In this document: positions 1 to 12,529 of the stretch, piece by piece
Layout of the letters: every line of letters begins with the position of its first letter
How positions within the stretch are numbered: position 1 is the stretch's first letter
Source: Macrostomum lignano
Lineage: Eukaryota
Assembly (NCBI GenBank): GCA_002269645.1
Contig: NIVC01001444.1
Location: forward strand, 62,001-126,000
DNA length: 64,000 bases
Reading direction: 5' to 3'
The notes under the pieces: model-generated
Seen by the model: the letters and a program-made list of their open reading frames with translations, nothing else
The model's database searches: none
Told to the model about the DNA's origin: nothing
Program-made: the position numbers and the translations under genes

Positions 1-810
1 CTTGTGGGCAATGTACACTCTAGACTCTGGAATGCAGATATTGGCTTGTAGGCAATGTACACTCGAGACTGGTGGCAGATAAAATAGTTTTAATTGGCTT
101 GTGGGCAATGTACACTCTAGACTGGGGAATGCAGATATTGGCTTGTAGGCAATGTACACTCGAGACTGGTGGCAGATAAAATAGTTTTAATTGGCTTGTG
201 GGCAATGTACACTCTAGACTCTGGAATGCAGATATTGGCTTGTGGGCAATGTACACTCTAGACTCTGGAATGCAGATATTGGCTTGTGGGCAATGTACAC
301 TCTAGACTCTGGAATGCAGATATTGGCTTGTAGGCAATTTACACTCGAGACTGGTGGCAGATAAAATAGTTTTAATTGGCTTGTGGGCAATGTACACTCT
401 AGACTGGGGAATGCAGATATTGGCTTGTAGGCAATGTACACTCGAGACTGGTGGCAGATAAAATAGTTTTAATTGGCTTGTGAGCAATGTACACTCTAGA
501 CTCTGGAATGCAGATATTGGCTTGTGGGCAATGTACACTCTAGACTGTGGAATGCAGATATTGGCTTGTGGGCAATGTCCACTCTAGACTGTGGAATGCA
601 GATATTGGCTTGTGGGCAATGTACACTCTAGACTGTGGAATGCAGATATTGGCTTGTGGGCAATGTCCACTCTAGACTGTGGAATGCAGATATTGGCTTG
701 TGGGCAATGTCCACTCTAGACTGTGGAATGCAGATATTGGCTTGTGGGCAATGTACACTCTAGACTGTGGAATGCAGATATTGGCTTGTGGGCAATGTCC
801 ACTCTAGACT
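1..810. repeat. Minisatellite, 44-bp unit (ttggcttgtgggcaatgtacactctagactgtggaatgcagata) interspersed with a longer ~52-bp variant; truncated by window start
   Basis: Period of 44 read directly (gatatt at 601 and 645); variant carrying aaatagttttaa recurs in the first 480 bp. Confidence 0.95.
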
Positions 811-1858
811 GAAGTAGCAAATAATATTGTTTTTATAAGATGTTTGAGTGTTGTAAATAACAGATGTCGTAATTTTAGGTAGGACTGCTGATTATAGTTG
901 TTCAATATGATTTTAGGAGGTGCTTATTAAAAATTTCAAAAGGCTTCTAGTTTTTTAAATAAATATTCTAATTGACTCGAAAATAATTGTTTCATTCTTT
1001 GAAAAATCACACACAAAGCTGAGCCACAAGAGTCGCTGTCGCAGTCGCTGCTGCCACCGCGTCAGAGCAGCTTCAAATTTCGTCGCACGGCAAGTCTGGG
1101 TAGGTGTTCTTATTAGAACATTTTTGCCACTTAAATTCTCTCGAGGCGGCGCCAAGCCCACCTGGCAACAGACAGTCCTTGGGCGCTTTGATTTGTCCGC
1201 TTTCTCTGGTTTTTGCATTCATTGTCTAGAAATTTTGCATTAAAGTTTGGCTAAAAACTCACTGATTTGAACGGAACAGTAAAGCGAGATGTGCATGTTT
1301 TCGGGTGCAGTACAGTTTTTTTTCAATATTACAATGCAATAATTTGATAACATACGTTTTATTAATAGTAATTATGTAATTATGTTTATTAACATACTAA
1401 CTTATTTCCTATTGTGATTATCTATATCGCTTTTGCATGCGTATATTCAGACATGCTCCCGGCTTACCTTTGCCTTTTAATGGGTTTAATTACGCACTAA
1501 TTACAGTAATTTTTTTATTAAGTAGTATGTAAGGAACATTGACCCTATTTTGTAGTTTTTTCGCCACAAATCAATTTAATTTCTAAATTAAATACGGCTG
1601 TGCCGCTTCTTACCTCTCTACTAAAAATAGACCGTTTTGGTATTTTATTCTGTCCAATTTTTAATAACGCGCGCGCAAATTAAAATGAAAATTTGCAGCC
1701 ACCGCCAAACCTGCAGCTCAGGCGCGCAAAAAGATTCGAACCCGTGCCTCCACAATGGAAGCGGCCGACAGGCCTAGCAGTGAACTGATTGGTTAGTCCT
1801 AATCCTGTTATGCCTCTTTGCTCCTGTCGGTTTTGTGTAGCAAGACTTTTATTTTAAG

Positions 1859-2078
1859 TGTCGCCTTTTACCGCCAGATGGCCTCTTAGCCTCGGCTGAA
1901 ATCCAGTCTCCAGTTGATGGCGACTCGGCGGAGAGGCGAAACTCTCATCAGCATCAGCAGATGGAGCTGCGCGACCTGAATCAGGACAAGGGACGGCGGG
2001 AGCGGACTGAGCCGCCGCGGCAACAAAGCCCAGAGAGGGAGATTTCTGCAGAGTGACAGGACAAATGCGAGTCAGCTG
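1859..2078 (+). other. Exon-like GC-rich segment of unknown gene, with an in-frame TGA at 2054
   Basis: ttttattttaag acceptor before 1859; strong ctg|gtgagt donor after 2078; frame CRLLPPDG...EREISAE-TGA-QDKCESA. Confidence 0.3.
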
Positions 2079-2204
2079 GTGAGTTGCCGATTTCAGCACG
2101 TACGGCTTTATTTATTTATAACAGTTTGGAGTTCGAAGTCATAACTGAATCAGTCGGTCAAGGTCAAGGCTAGTGATGCAAACTCAAATAACAGATCTGG
2201 TCAA

Positions 2205-2860
2205 GGTCTCAAGTGTGAGTCAAAGTCAACTAACATAAGTTCAAGGTCTCCAAGTGAGTCAAGGTCAAATAACAGATAAGGTCAAGGTCTCAAGTGAGCC
2301 AAGGTCAAATAACAGATAAGGTCAAGGTCTCAAGTGAGTCAAGGTCAAATAGCAGATCAGTCCAAGGTCTCAAGTGAGTCAAGGTCAAATAGCAGATCGG
2401 TCCAAGGTCTCAAGTGAGTCAAGGTCAAATAGCAGATCAGTCCAAGGTCTCAAGTGAGTCAAGGTCAAATAACAGATAAGGTCAAGGTCTCAAGTGAGTC
2501 AAGGTCAAATAGCAGATCAGTCCAAGGTCTCAAGTGAGTCAAGGTCAAATAGCAGATCAGTCCAAGGTCTCAAGTGAGTCAAGGTCAAATAGCAGATCGG
2601 TCCAAGGTCTCAAGTGAGTCAAGGTCAAATAGCAGATCAGTCCAAGGTCTCAAGTGAGTCAAGGTCAAATAACAGATAAGGTCAAGGTCTCAAGTGAGTC
2701 AAGGTCAAATAGCAGATCAGTCCAAGGTCTCAAGTGAGTCAAGGCCAATTAACATAAGATCAAGGTCTCAAGTGACTCAATCTCAAATAACATCGGTTCA
2801 AGGTCTCAAGTGAGTCAAGGACAATTAACTGGTCAGGTCAAGGTCAAATGAGTCAAGGTC
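2205..2860. repeat. Minisatellite, 40-bp unit (aaggtctcaagtgagtcaaggtcaaatagcagatcagtcc), about 15 copies
   Basis: 40-bp periodicity with three variants arranged in an apparent 5-unit (200-bp) order. Confidence 0.95.
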
Positions 2861-2912
2861 ACGGAAATTTTCAAGTTCAATGTTTTTTGTTAGCTAGCAG
2901 ACAAGCTTTTAG

Positions 2913-3047
2913 GTGATTTCATCAACTTCAAAGTCGCAGCATCGACCAATTTCCAGCCTCCGATCTTCATCAAGAAGCCGCCGTTGAGTGACAGGATCAG
3001 CGACGCCCGCGTGTTTCTCAGTCTGGCCTGGTGTCAGCGCCAAAAAT
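2913..3047 (+). CDS. Candidate coding exon of unknown protein (DFINFKVAASTNFQPPIFIKKPPLSDRISDARVFLSLAWCQRQK*)
   Basis: ttttag acceptor, phase 1; open frame with clear GC3 bias ending in TAG; no recognisable homology. Confidence 0.3.
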
Positions 3048-4117
3048 AGAACAAATTTACACTTATACAGCCAATAGTTCGCGTTGATAAGCGCGGATTT
3101 TAATTGTTCTGCCAACAACGCGATGCAATTATTATTTATTCATTGTTTGTTTGATTATATTTTTTCAGCTTGTATTTGTAACAAGGATTCTGTCTTACTG
3201 TTAATAACCTGTTAACAAAAACTTTTCCATCCGGGTTTCAATTAAGTTTTTATTCTTAATTTTTAGTTGGGTTTGATTATATTATTATTATAGTAAAGGT
3301 CGACGTACTGATTTTTAGCTCTAGACTAGATATACCTAATTGTTAGTTCATAGATCTAGATTAGATATCCCTAATTGGTTTTTATAGATCTAGATTAAAT
3401 ATACCTAATTGGTGGTTTATAGATCTAGATTAGATGTACCTAATTAGTGGTTTATTTAGGTATCTGATAGCTATAGGTCAACGTATTAGATTAGATAGAT
3501 CCTGAAGCCTGAACCCTGAACTCTAGCAGAATATAAAATTAACTGTCAGTTCCTGTTAAAACCGGCTGCCAAAACCATCCCTCTGTAGTCCTTCTATCCA
3601 ACGTTTTTTCACTGCACCTGTTAATCTTTCTCATCTCATTTGAGAGGCAGGGAAAGGCCTAATAATAATTGAAGCAGAATGAAACTTAATCATTAATAAT
3701 AAATTTCATATTTTTCAATAATCCAAATCCGGTAAATTTTGCTTTCAATGCAGGTTGCAGATTGCTTATGTATATATATAGATTTCCGCCATATATCGCT
3801 GGATTCAAGGTATTTTTTCCTGACTATTCAATTGTTTGTTTCATTTCGCAGCTGCTCTGACGATTAAGCCTAAGAAGCTGATTTATAATAATTAATCAAT
3901 TTGTTTTTTATGGTGGCCAAGAGATCCTTGGAAATTAGGTTGCTTCTCAACCTAATTGTACTTCAACTGGCTTCGCCATTAGCAGATCCACCGTGTTTTA
4001 TAAGCAGAATTAATCTGGAAATTGATTGAATCTCGGATTGGATCCTAATGATCCATTGTCTACTGTGAAGATTAGATCGATCAAGCTATCTATCTAACAT
4101 TAACATTAACCCTGTCT

Positions 4118-5186
4118 ATCATGGAGATTAGATCAATGTGCTGATTTACCGTGGAGATTAGATCAATCTGCTGATTTACCATGGAGATTAGATCAATCTG
4201 CTGATTTACCATGGAGATTAGATCAATCTGCTGATTTACCATGGAGATTAGATCAATGTGCTGATCTGCCATTGAGATTATATCAATTTGCTGATCTGCC
4301 ATTGAAATCAGATCAATCTGCTGATTTACCATGGAGATTAGATCAATTTGCTGATCTGCCATTGAAATCAGATCAATCTGCTGATTTACCGTGGAGATTA
4401 GATCAATCTGCTGATTTACCATGGAGATTAGATCAATCTGCTGATTTACCATGGAGATTAGATCAATCTGCTGATTTACCGTGGAGATTAGATCAATCTG
4501 CTGATTTACCATGGAGATTAGATCAATGTGCTGATCTGCCATTGAGATTATATCAATTTGCTGATCTGCCATTGAAATCAGATCAATCTGCTGATTTACC
4601 ATGGAGATTAGATCAATGTGCTGATCTACCATGGAGATTAGATCAATCTGCTGATCTGCCATGGAGATTAGATCAATCTGCTGATTTACCATGGAGATTA
4701 GATCAATCTGCTGATTTACCATGGAGATTAGATCAATCTGCTGATTTACCGTTGAGATTAGATCAATGTGCTGATCTACCATGGAGATTAGATCAATCTG
4801 CTGATTTACCATGGAGATTAGATCAATCTGCTGATTTACCATGGAGATTAGATCAATCTGCTGATTTACCATGGAGATTAGATCAATCTGCTGATTTACC
4901 ATGGAGATTAGATCAATATACTGATTTACCATGGAGATTAGATCAATCTGCTGATTTACCGTGGAGATTAGATCAATCTGCTGATTTACCGTGGAGATTA
5001 GATCAATCTGCTGATTTACCATGGAGATTAGATCAATCTGCTGATTTACCATGGGGATTAGATCAATCTGCTGATTTACCATGGAGATTAGATCAATCTG
5101 CTGATTTACCGTGGAGATTGGATCAATCTGCTCATTTACCGTGGAGATTGGATCAATCTGCTGATTTACCGTGGAGATTAGATCAT
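4118..5186. repeat. Minisatellite, 30-bp unit (ccatggagattagatcaatctgctgattta), about 35 copies
   Basis: Rows repeat in exact 30/60-bp register; source of the 378-aa and 308-aa pseudo-ORFs. Confidence 0.97.
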
Positions 5187-6211
5187 TTTCAGATCTAGTA
5201 AATGAATCTATTGAATAGTAAGCCAATAACTAATTGGATTGTTCGCGCTATACGGAACAAGTTTTTGTTATTATTATTAAACATAGGAAATTCGCATTCC
5301 TAATTTTGTTTTCTATCTGTTTTGCTGCACTTAATTATACGGCAGTTTATTCAGGTGGCCTAAACGAAGTTCAGAAATTTGTCAGGAGCCTATGTGCTTT
5401 TAAACTACTAGTTTCAAATCAGTAGTATCGTCTTTGAAAGTTACAGTATTCCTGCACAGATGGCAGTTATTGTGGCGTTATTGTCTCTTAATAGTTTATC
5501 CAATATTAACCACTACTTTGCAGAAAATAGTAGCCATTTTCTTTACATGCTACTGAAAAAAATGTAGAGCTGGGAAATAGTGGGATATTTATTTATAGAA
5601 ATCCACTCGGTTTCTGTCAGGAATGGCCCAGGCAACAGGGGGTTGAGCTTGTTAGTTAATTAATTTCAAAGTTCGCCATCAATTTCGGCCACAATTAGTC
5701 ACGAATTTCTGCTCCGCTCTTGCAAATCACGATTTTGCTTATACTTTTGTAGTACCTAAATTTGATTGCACTGCGCCAGCGCTGTGTACAAGGCCGTAAC
5801 TAGTCCATTCCAGATGTTCTATCATTTTTTGTTAAATTGTTCAGCATCGATAAATTGAAGTGTAACACGAAAGCAATGAAAAAGTATTTTTTGGATGTAA
5901 ATATTGTTGCCGTTTTTAATTAATATTATTATTTATGCACTAGCGGTAACTTTCAAGAAATCAGGTTCAGCTCTGTGAAAAATAAATATTAATAAATTTG
6001 TATTGACCTGTTTTAATAATTAAATCCTTCTGATCTTTATCTACTGTCGGTTTTTTTCAAGACTTGAGATTTTCGGTTTACTACTTCATGGCATGACATT
6101 CTTGATGACACCCTGGAAGCTTATAAATCCTCTATCTGTCACATTCTAAGGCCTGTGAGATTTCAAGGCATTAGATTCACTGCCTTTAATGATATTTCCT
6201 GGTATATGTGA

Positions 6212-6690
6212 TTCGTGAGATGAGATTCTTCGGTCTTGATTAGATTTCGTGAGATAAAGTTCTTCGGTCTCGATGAAATTTCGGGAGATGAGATTCTTCG
6301 GTTTTGGTGAGATTTCGTGAGACGAGATTCTTCGGTCTCGATGAAATTTCGTGAGATGAGATTCTTCGGTCTTGGTGAGATTTCGTGAGATAAGATTCTT
6401 CGGTCTTGGTGAGATTTCGTGAGATGAGATTCTTCGGTCTTGGTGAGATTTCGTGAGATGAGATTCTTCGGTCTCGATGAAATTTCGTGAGACGAGATTC
6501 TTCGGTCTTGGTGAGATTTCGTGAGATAAGATTCTTCGGTCTCGATGAAATTTCGTGAGATGAGATTCTTCGGTCTTGGTGAGATTTCGTGAGATAAGAT
6601 TCTTCGGTCTCGATGAAATTTCGTTAGATAAGATTCTTCGGTCTCGATGAGATTTCGTGAGATAAGATTCCTCGGTCTCGATTAGATTTC
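6212..6690. repeat. Minisatellite, 34-bp unit (gagattcttcggtcttggtgagatttcgtgagat), about 13 copies
   Basis: attctt at 6361 and 6395; two alternating variants. Confidence 0.95.
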
Positions 6691-7288
6691 GTGGTATTAG
6701 ATCCTTTGAAGGCTACTGCTGTGCCACTGCGTGGGCGGTTCGTCAGAGCTTCAGAACTTGAGGAGCTTAGCGCGATATTCCCATGGTAGACTTTGTACTC
6801 AGTAAGTCCTACGGCTTCTTTTTGCAACAACATACGCTCCTATGATTGCTGGAGTTTATCCCGAGTAATAGGGCACGGACAGTTCTATGGGTCACTGGTC
6901 GGATCCGGCAGCAGCCCCGACAGTTCAATCAGCCTTGCGTCAGTCCATATATGCATTTATCGTGCCTACTGCGGAATCGCCTAATGGCAACTGTTGCTCA
7001 ATCGTCTTTCAGCGCCTGTTGCTTCACTACACAACGGGCCGCGGGACAGATACATGTAAATCCGAAGTTTGCTTGACAATAGTGAAGTACATTTGTACTT
7101 ATAAAGCTACAATTTCTTTTTCCTGGAACGAGGGGAGTAAGAAAAATAAAGTACCACCGATTTGGGGTAAATGGGCATTAGGAAATTGTGTTTTTTAAAT
7201 TATGTCAATTGATGGATTGATGAAGTGACAAAGGAACTAATTTTGGATAGAACAGTGGACTTACTAGTGAATTATTATTGTCTCTTGC

Positions 7289-7653
7289 TGTTTATTATTT
7301 ATTAGAGGCAGGGGGGTTGTGTGCACCCTGGTGCACTTTAAGCGACATAGGCACACAACCGGCGAGAGGCATTACTGCCCATTCCGCCGACTCCCCTGAG
7401 CAGGCATACAAGCGCGCGGATACGTACGCAGGCACACACTCACACAGGAGTGTACAGCGGCTCTAGCTTTATTTATCGTTAGGCATGTACACTTCACTGC
7501 GCCTTGGGGGGTTGGCTCTCAAGGCCGTTAATTACACGAGCAGAGCCAAGCCGAGATTCCAATTCAGCCCTAAATTAATGTGACTGCACTTGGAATCGAG
7601 CCTGGGTCGCTGGCACACCAGAGCAGCTGCGCTACCGCTGGGCTACGGCCCCC
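7289..7653 (-). mobile_element. tRNA-derived SINE, full-length copy 1, with 11-bp target-site duplication
   Basis: Minus-strand head GGGGGCCGTAGCCCAGCGG (A box 7635-7645) and GGCTCGATTCC (B box 7592-7602); A-rich tail; TTGTCTCTTGC duplicated at 7278-7288 and 7654-7664; second copy at 30780. Confidence 0.85.
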
Positions 7654-7683
7654 TTGTCTCTTGCAGAGGGTTGAGATTCTTAT

Positions 7684-8008
7684 CTACCGACAGTCTCGTA
7701 CCAACGGTTTAAGGTTCTCTACCGACAGTCTCCTACCAACGGTTTAAGGTTCTCTACCGACAGTCTCCTACCAACGGTTTAAGGTTCTCTACCGACAGTC
7801 TCCTACCAACGGTTTAAGGTTCTCTACCGACAGTCTCCTACCAACGGTTTAAGGTTCTCTACCGACAGTCTCCTACCAACGGTTTAAGGTTCTCTACCGA
7901 CAGTCTCCTACCAACGGTTTAAGGTTCTCTACCGACAGTCTCCTACCAACGGTTTAAGGTTCTCTACCGACAGTCTCCTACCAACGGTTTAAGGTTCTCT
8001 ACCAACAG
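7684..8008. repeat. Minisatellite, 35-bp unit (ctaccgacagtctcctaccaacggtttaaggttct), about 9 copies
   Basis: ggttt at 7741 and 7776; near-perfect copies. Confidence 0.95.
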
Positions 8009-9015
8009 TCTTGTATGGTCTCGTATGCTCTAAATCTACAGCATAATCTTATTTGGCGCTTACAGTACCTCTTATGAGCTTTGGTTTCTGAGTTTTTTGG
8101 TGGTAAAAATGTTTCGAAAGCGAGGGTCAGCCATGCAAAAAAGTTTTGCGTTAAAATTTTTCGAATTTCTTAATTGAAACGTTTTTTCCTTTTTTCGTGT
8201 GACAGCTGCGCACTTTAACAAACATAACCGGGCATCTGGGCAGACGCGACAGGCAAGAGGAGAACTAGCTCCCGTTTATTGTCACAATTCTTTCGAATTC
8301 TCGCCCACCGAAAAAGGGACGAAAAGCCAACTAACTGGCTGGCTGACATTGAGAGGGTGATTGAGAGTCTTCGAGCGACAGAAAATGCCGCCGCGCCTTT
8401 GACAAACGCAAACCCGGATAGCCCACTGTGCCACTGAGCCGGGCCTGCGTTTGGATAAGCGAAAGCAGCTGTTCCGCTTAGCGCAGGATTTTGGGAAGAA
8501 GATTCTCTTCAGACTGAAAGGGTGGACTGCCGGTCTACGGTTTCGGGTTCGGTCAGATCCAGAGATTTCGCGGCCCCGAACGGAGTAGGGAAGATGTGGG
8601 CCGATCGCCTTGTTGTCGGGGCGCAGGATGAGGCTGGAATTCTGGAACCCCATCACCCCCCTCCCTCCGCGCGCTCGCGTCAGGTCGCCAGCTGACGGCC
8701 GGCCGCGCCGCTGATGCAGCTGCAAATTTTGACAGGCGCGGGTGGCCACCTACGCTATACGCTAACGCTAAGTTGTTGTTTCGCTGGCTGCAGGCGCACA
8801 CTTGTCTTGCCGGACTATCTCTAACTTGCCATCAGTGCTGCTTGGCAGCTGGCCCACAATCCCTATTGGTTGAGAGCGCCTTCGGCTAGTCTTAGCATCT
8901 TCTAAAACTGTAGCTGGCGATAGTTCTAGCCGGCTTGTCGCGCTGACATCCGAGTTGCCTTTCTCTTGCCTGTCTCCTGTGAGCAATTGGGACAGAGCTA
9001 CAACTGGTAACCGGC

Positions 9016-9164
9016 ATGCACAACCTCATCAAGGAGGCCGTGCGATCGCAGCAGCGCGGAGGCGGAGACGACTCCTGCTGCGGCGACGACTCCTGCGAAT
9101 CCGGCTCGGCTGGGACGCTGGGCGCGGCGGCTGCTTCTAATAATGGCAGGAATCTATTTGAGGA
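9016..9164 (+). CDS. Candidate first coding exon A (MHNLIKEAVRSQQRGGGDDSCCGDDSCESGSAGTLGAAAASNNGRNLFE), phase-2 donor
   Basis: ATG after in-frame stop; GC3-rich codons; GA|gtgagt donor; CpG-rich upstream region. Confidence 0.5.
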
Positions 9165-9456
9165 GTGAGTCGGTTTTATCTGGTTGCTAGGGCTGTGGCA
9201 TTGCCTTTCCATAGACAGGCTTACGTGTGCTTAGAGATTTCACTTGCCGGAAATTTTGTGTTCAAAGGGCGAGTTGAGTCTGCACTTATAAACCTCACAT
9301 CGGCTTCAGAAGTTCTCATCAAAATTTTAAAAGGAAAACCTAAAGCACCCATGATGCAAGTTTCAATTATAAAAAATATTATGATTTCTTGGAACTTAAT
9401 TATTCACACTTCTTTGTATCTGAAAATACACTTTTTTAAACCCTGCATTTCAGTTA

Positions 9457-9872
9457 CACCCTCCCTCGGATCCTTTAGTGAGTCGCCGCTACCCTCCCTC
9501 AGGTCCTTTAGCGAGCCGCCGCTACCCTCCCTCGGATCCTTTAGTGAGTCGCCGCTACCCTCCCTCAGGTCCTTTAGCGAGCCGCCGCTACCCTCCCTCG
9601 GATCCTTTAGTGAGTCGCTGCTACCCTCCCTCAGGTCCTTTAGCGAGCCAACGCTACCCTCCCTCAGGTCCATTAGCGAGCCACCGCTACCCTCCCTCAG
9701 GTCCTTTAGCGAGCCACCGCTACCCTCCCTCAGGTCCTTTAGCGAGCCACCGCTACCCTCCCTCAGGTCCTTTAGCGAGCCACCGCTACTCTCCCTCAGG
9801 TCCTTTAGCGAGCCGCCGCTACCCTCCTCAGGTCCTTTAGCGAGCCACCGCTACCCTCCCTCAGGTCCTTTA
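9457..9872. repeat. Minisatellite, 33-bp unit (ggtcctttagcgagccaccgctaccctccctca), about 12 copies
   Basis: 11-aa periodicity in overlapping ORFs on both strands. Confidence 0.95.
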
Positions 9873-10454
9873 GCCTTACCCTTGCCACATTCAAACAGAT
9901 TATACGGCGTAATTCATATAAAACGATTGTCTATAAGTATGCTCCGGTCAGCTGACTTTCAACTCTGTCTAATCTAAATTTTATTACATGTATGCCAATT
10001 ACGATACCGAAACACCGCATTGGTCCCAAAATTACGCCGAAATGTCACAAAAATCTTTTTTAAGGCTGTTTCCAGGACGCAGGTAACAGTGCAGTACTGT
10101 TTTATTGTTTATGTCTAGGTTGTAAACCTTAAGCCGCAGTACTAATAGATCCCGGTGTGTTACATTAAGATTTCGAGCCGAGAGTGTATCTATCCAGTTT
10201 CCCAATTCCCATATTGTTGCTATCTGCATGCTAATCATGGCTAGAGAGGACCAAACATCGATATTAAATCTGCATTAATGGCACAGTCTGGACTGTGCTG
10301 TATTGAATTTCGGCGTTGTACCTTCAAGTAGGCGTCCTACTGTGTTGTGTCTCCTGTGCATGAGCTGTCCCTAAAGTTCCCGTTTAGCTTTCAGTAGCCA
10401 TTTTGTTGTCGCTATAGATGTCACTCTGATGCTTCCATATTGATAAGCCACTGG

Positions 10455-10735
10455 TTCCTGACTGTTGGCTGTCACAATTCGACTGTCAGCGACTGTTGGC
10501 TGTCACAATTCGACTGTCAGCGACTGTTGGCTGTCACAATTCGACTGTCAGCGACTGTTGGCTGTCACAATTCGACTGTCAGCGACTGTTGGCTGTCACA
10601 ATTCGACTGTCAGCTGTTACAATTCGACTGTCAGCGACTTTTGACTGTCACAATTCGACTGTCAGCGACTGTTGGCTGACACAATTCGACTGTCAGTGAC
10701 TGTTGATTGTCACAATTCGACTGTCAGCGAATGTT
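10455..10735. repeat. Minisatellite, 31-bp unit (gactgttggctgtcacaattcgactgtcagc), about 9 copies
   Basis: Direct periodicity. Confidence 0.93.
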
Positions 10736-10761
10736 GACTGCCGACGGTTTAGTATTAGGAT

Positions 10762-11000
10762 TAGTGTTAGGGTTATTGTTGGGGTATGTGTTAGGGTTAT
10801 TGTTGGGGTATGTGTTAGGGTTATTGTTGGGGTATGTGTTAGGGTTATTGTTGGGGTATGTGTTAGGGCTATTGTTGGGGTATGTGTTAGGGTTATTGTT
10901 GGGGTATGTGTTAGGGTTATTGTTGGGGTATGTGTTAGGGTTATTGTTGGGGTATGTGTTAGGGTTATTGTTGGGGCATGTGTTAGGGTTATTGTTGGGG
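10762..11000. repeat. Minisatellite, 24-bp unit (ttagggttattgttggggtatgtg) with one TTAGGG per unit, about 10 copies
   Basis: tgttgggg at 10801 and 10825. Confidence 0.95.
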
Positions 11001-12529
11001 TATGGAATCAATTTGTGGCTATCGTTGTACACCCTGTGTGAGCGCGCGTGTGCCAGTCTATTGCCTCAAATTGCGACACTCATCTGCCTATAGTTTTGTC
11101 TGAGTTAGACTTTCAATAAACTTCAATAGACTTTTGTCTTTGCTCAATTGTTGTATTCGTATTAGTACTCCAGTGTAACTTTAGCTGCTTATATAATACT
11201 TATTTTGGTATTTCGATTGGTTATTCGCAATTGGTTAAGCTGAATTGGTCGCGGTTAGTACGCAGGTAGCAGTTGGCGGCGCATGTATCCAGGTTGTGCT
11301 GGTCAGGTGTACAGGCGTGTATCTGTTTATTATTAATTGTTATCATAGCAATAAAAATAGAAGTTTTCATACTTGGCGGTGAGCGGCCATCCACTGCCCC
11401 AATCGCATATCGATCGCTTCTCGATCGATCGATACGCTTTTGTTTCGTATTTCTTTACTCCCCATCTCCCTATTCCCCCCCCCCCAGCGTTCCGTGTTCC
11501 CAGTCCCTCCCCGCGGTTCTCCCAGCAGTTTGCAAGCGTATCGGTTTCGCTGCTCAAGGCTCAGCGCAGGCTCTAAGGGGGCAGAGGTGCTTCTTGAATA
11601 ATGGAGCAGCTACCAAACACTGCGGCCTAAGTCATGGACTTCTAGACAGAGCATCTGGATAGCGATACTGACTCTAGGACACAACCTATTAATCGCTCTA
11701 GACCGCTGTACTCAAAACTTTGTGCCTTATAAAAGCTGCCACCTGACAGCCCATTCCACCTTATTGGACTCGAAATTTGCTGTAGTAAGATTTTCATTTC
11801 CAGTTGATGGGTTTTTTTAGCCCGGCAGTTTCCGATCCAGATAGCTGCTTCCAGAGCTGCCAGGCTTGGCCGAAGTCCCTTTCGACCGGCCGAGACCAGC
11901 TGTTAATTATTCACACCAGTCCCTCCCCTTCGCCAGCTTTATCCCCCCAATAGTTGCTCCAAATCTGAGCAACGAGCCGCCTTCTCTCTCTTCCGCCTGC
12001 TCAATAAAACTTTCCCCAATATCTGAGTGCGCTGAGCACGGGGAGCTTAGTTGGCTAAGATATTTTTGACATCATCGCGAAATTTCAGCTTTACTCCAGC
12101 ATGCATATTTTGTCTCAGTAGAGCTCTGTTCATGAGTACTAGCCTTCGATCATTTATCACTGGGCTGCGGTTGGAACGGCGGCAGCTTCATTCATTTTAA
12201 TGGCTTTTCGCACGTCTTCATCGTGTGAAGGAATTGCGAAAGGCTCTGCATTGATAAATTTGTCTTTTTGCCCGTCTGCGAAGTTCATCTAAGCAGCTAA
12301 GAGGTTGCAAACCCGTCAAGATTTCCCATTACACCTAAATCAAACAGCTCATTCATCCAGGTACTGCGTAGCTATAGATTGACAAAAAACTTTGGTTAGA
12401 GTAATAATCTAGCGTTTAGTAAACTACACTTAAAGCTGGTTTCAAAAACAGACTAATAGAGATTACAATTTTGTATTTACACACTCCATCAGGCAGAACA
12501 GGAACCATTTCCACACTTCATCGGGTAGA

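Noticed and set aside
1733-1752. Isolated B-box-like GGGTTCGAATC on the minus strand
   Set aside because: No convincing A box or cloverleaf; cannot call a tRNA or SINE.
4090-5226. 378-aa minus and 308-aa plus ORFs with 10-aa repeats
   Set aside because: A 30-bp unit happens to lack stops in these frames; no unique domain, splice signals or codon bias.
9165-9977. 270-aa Ser/Pro/Leu-rich ORF
   Set aside because: Starts at a GTG that is the splice donor and is mostly a 33-bp tandem repeat.
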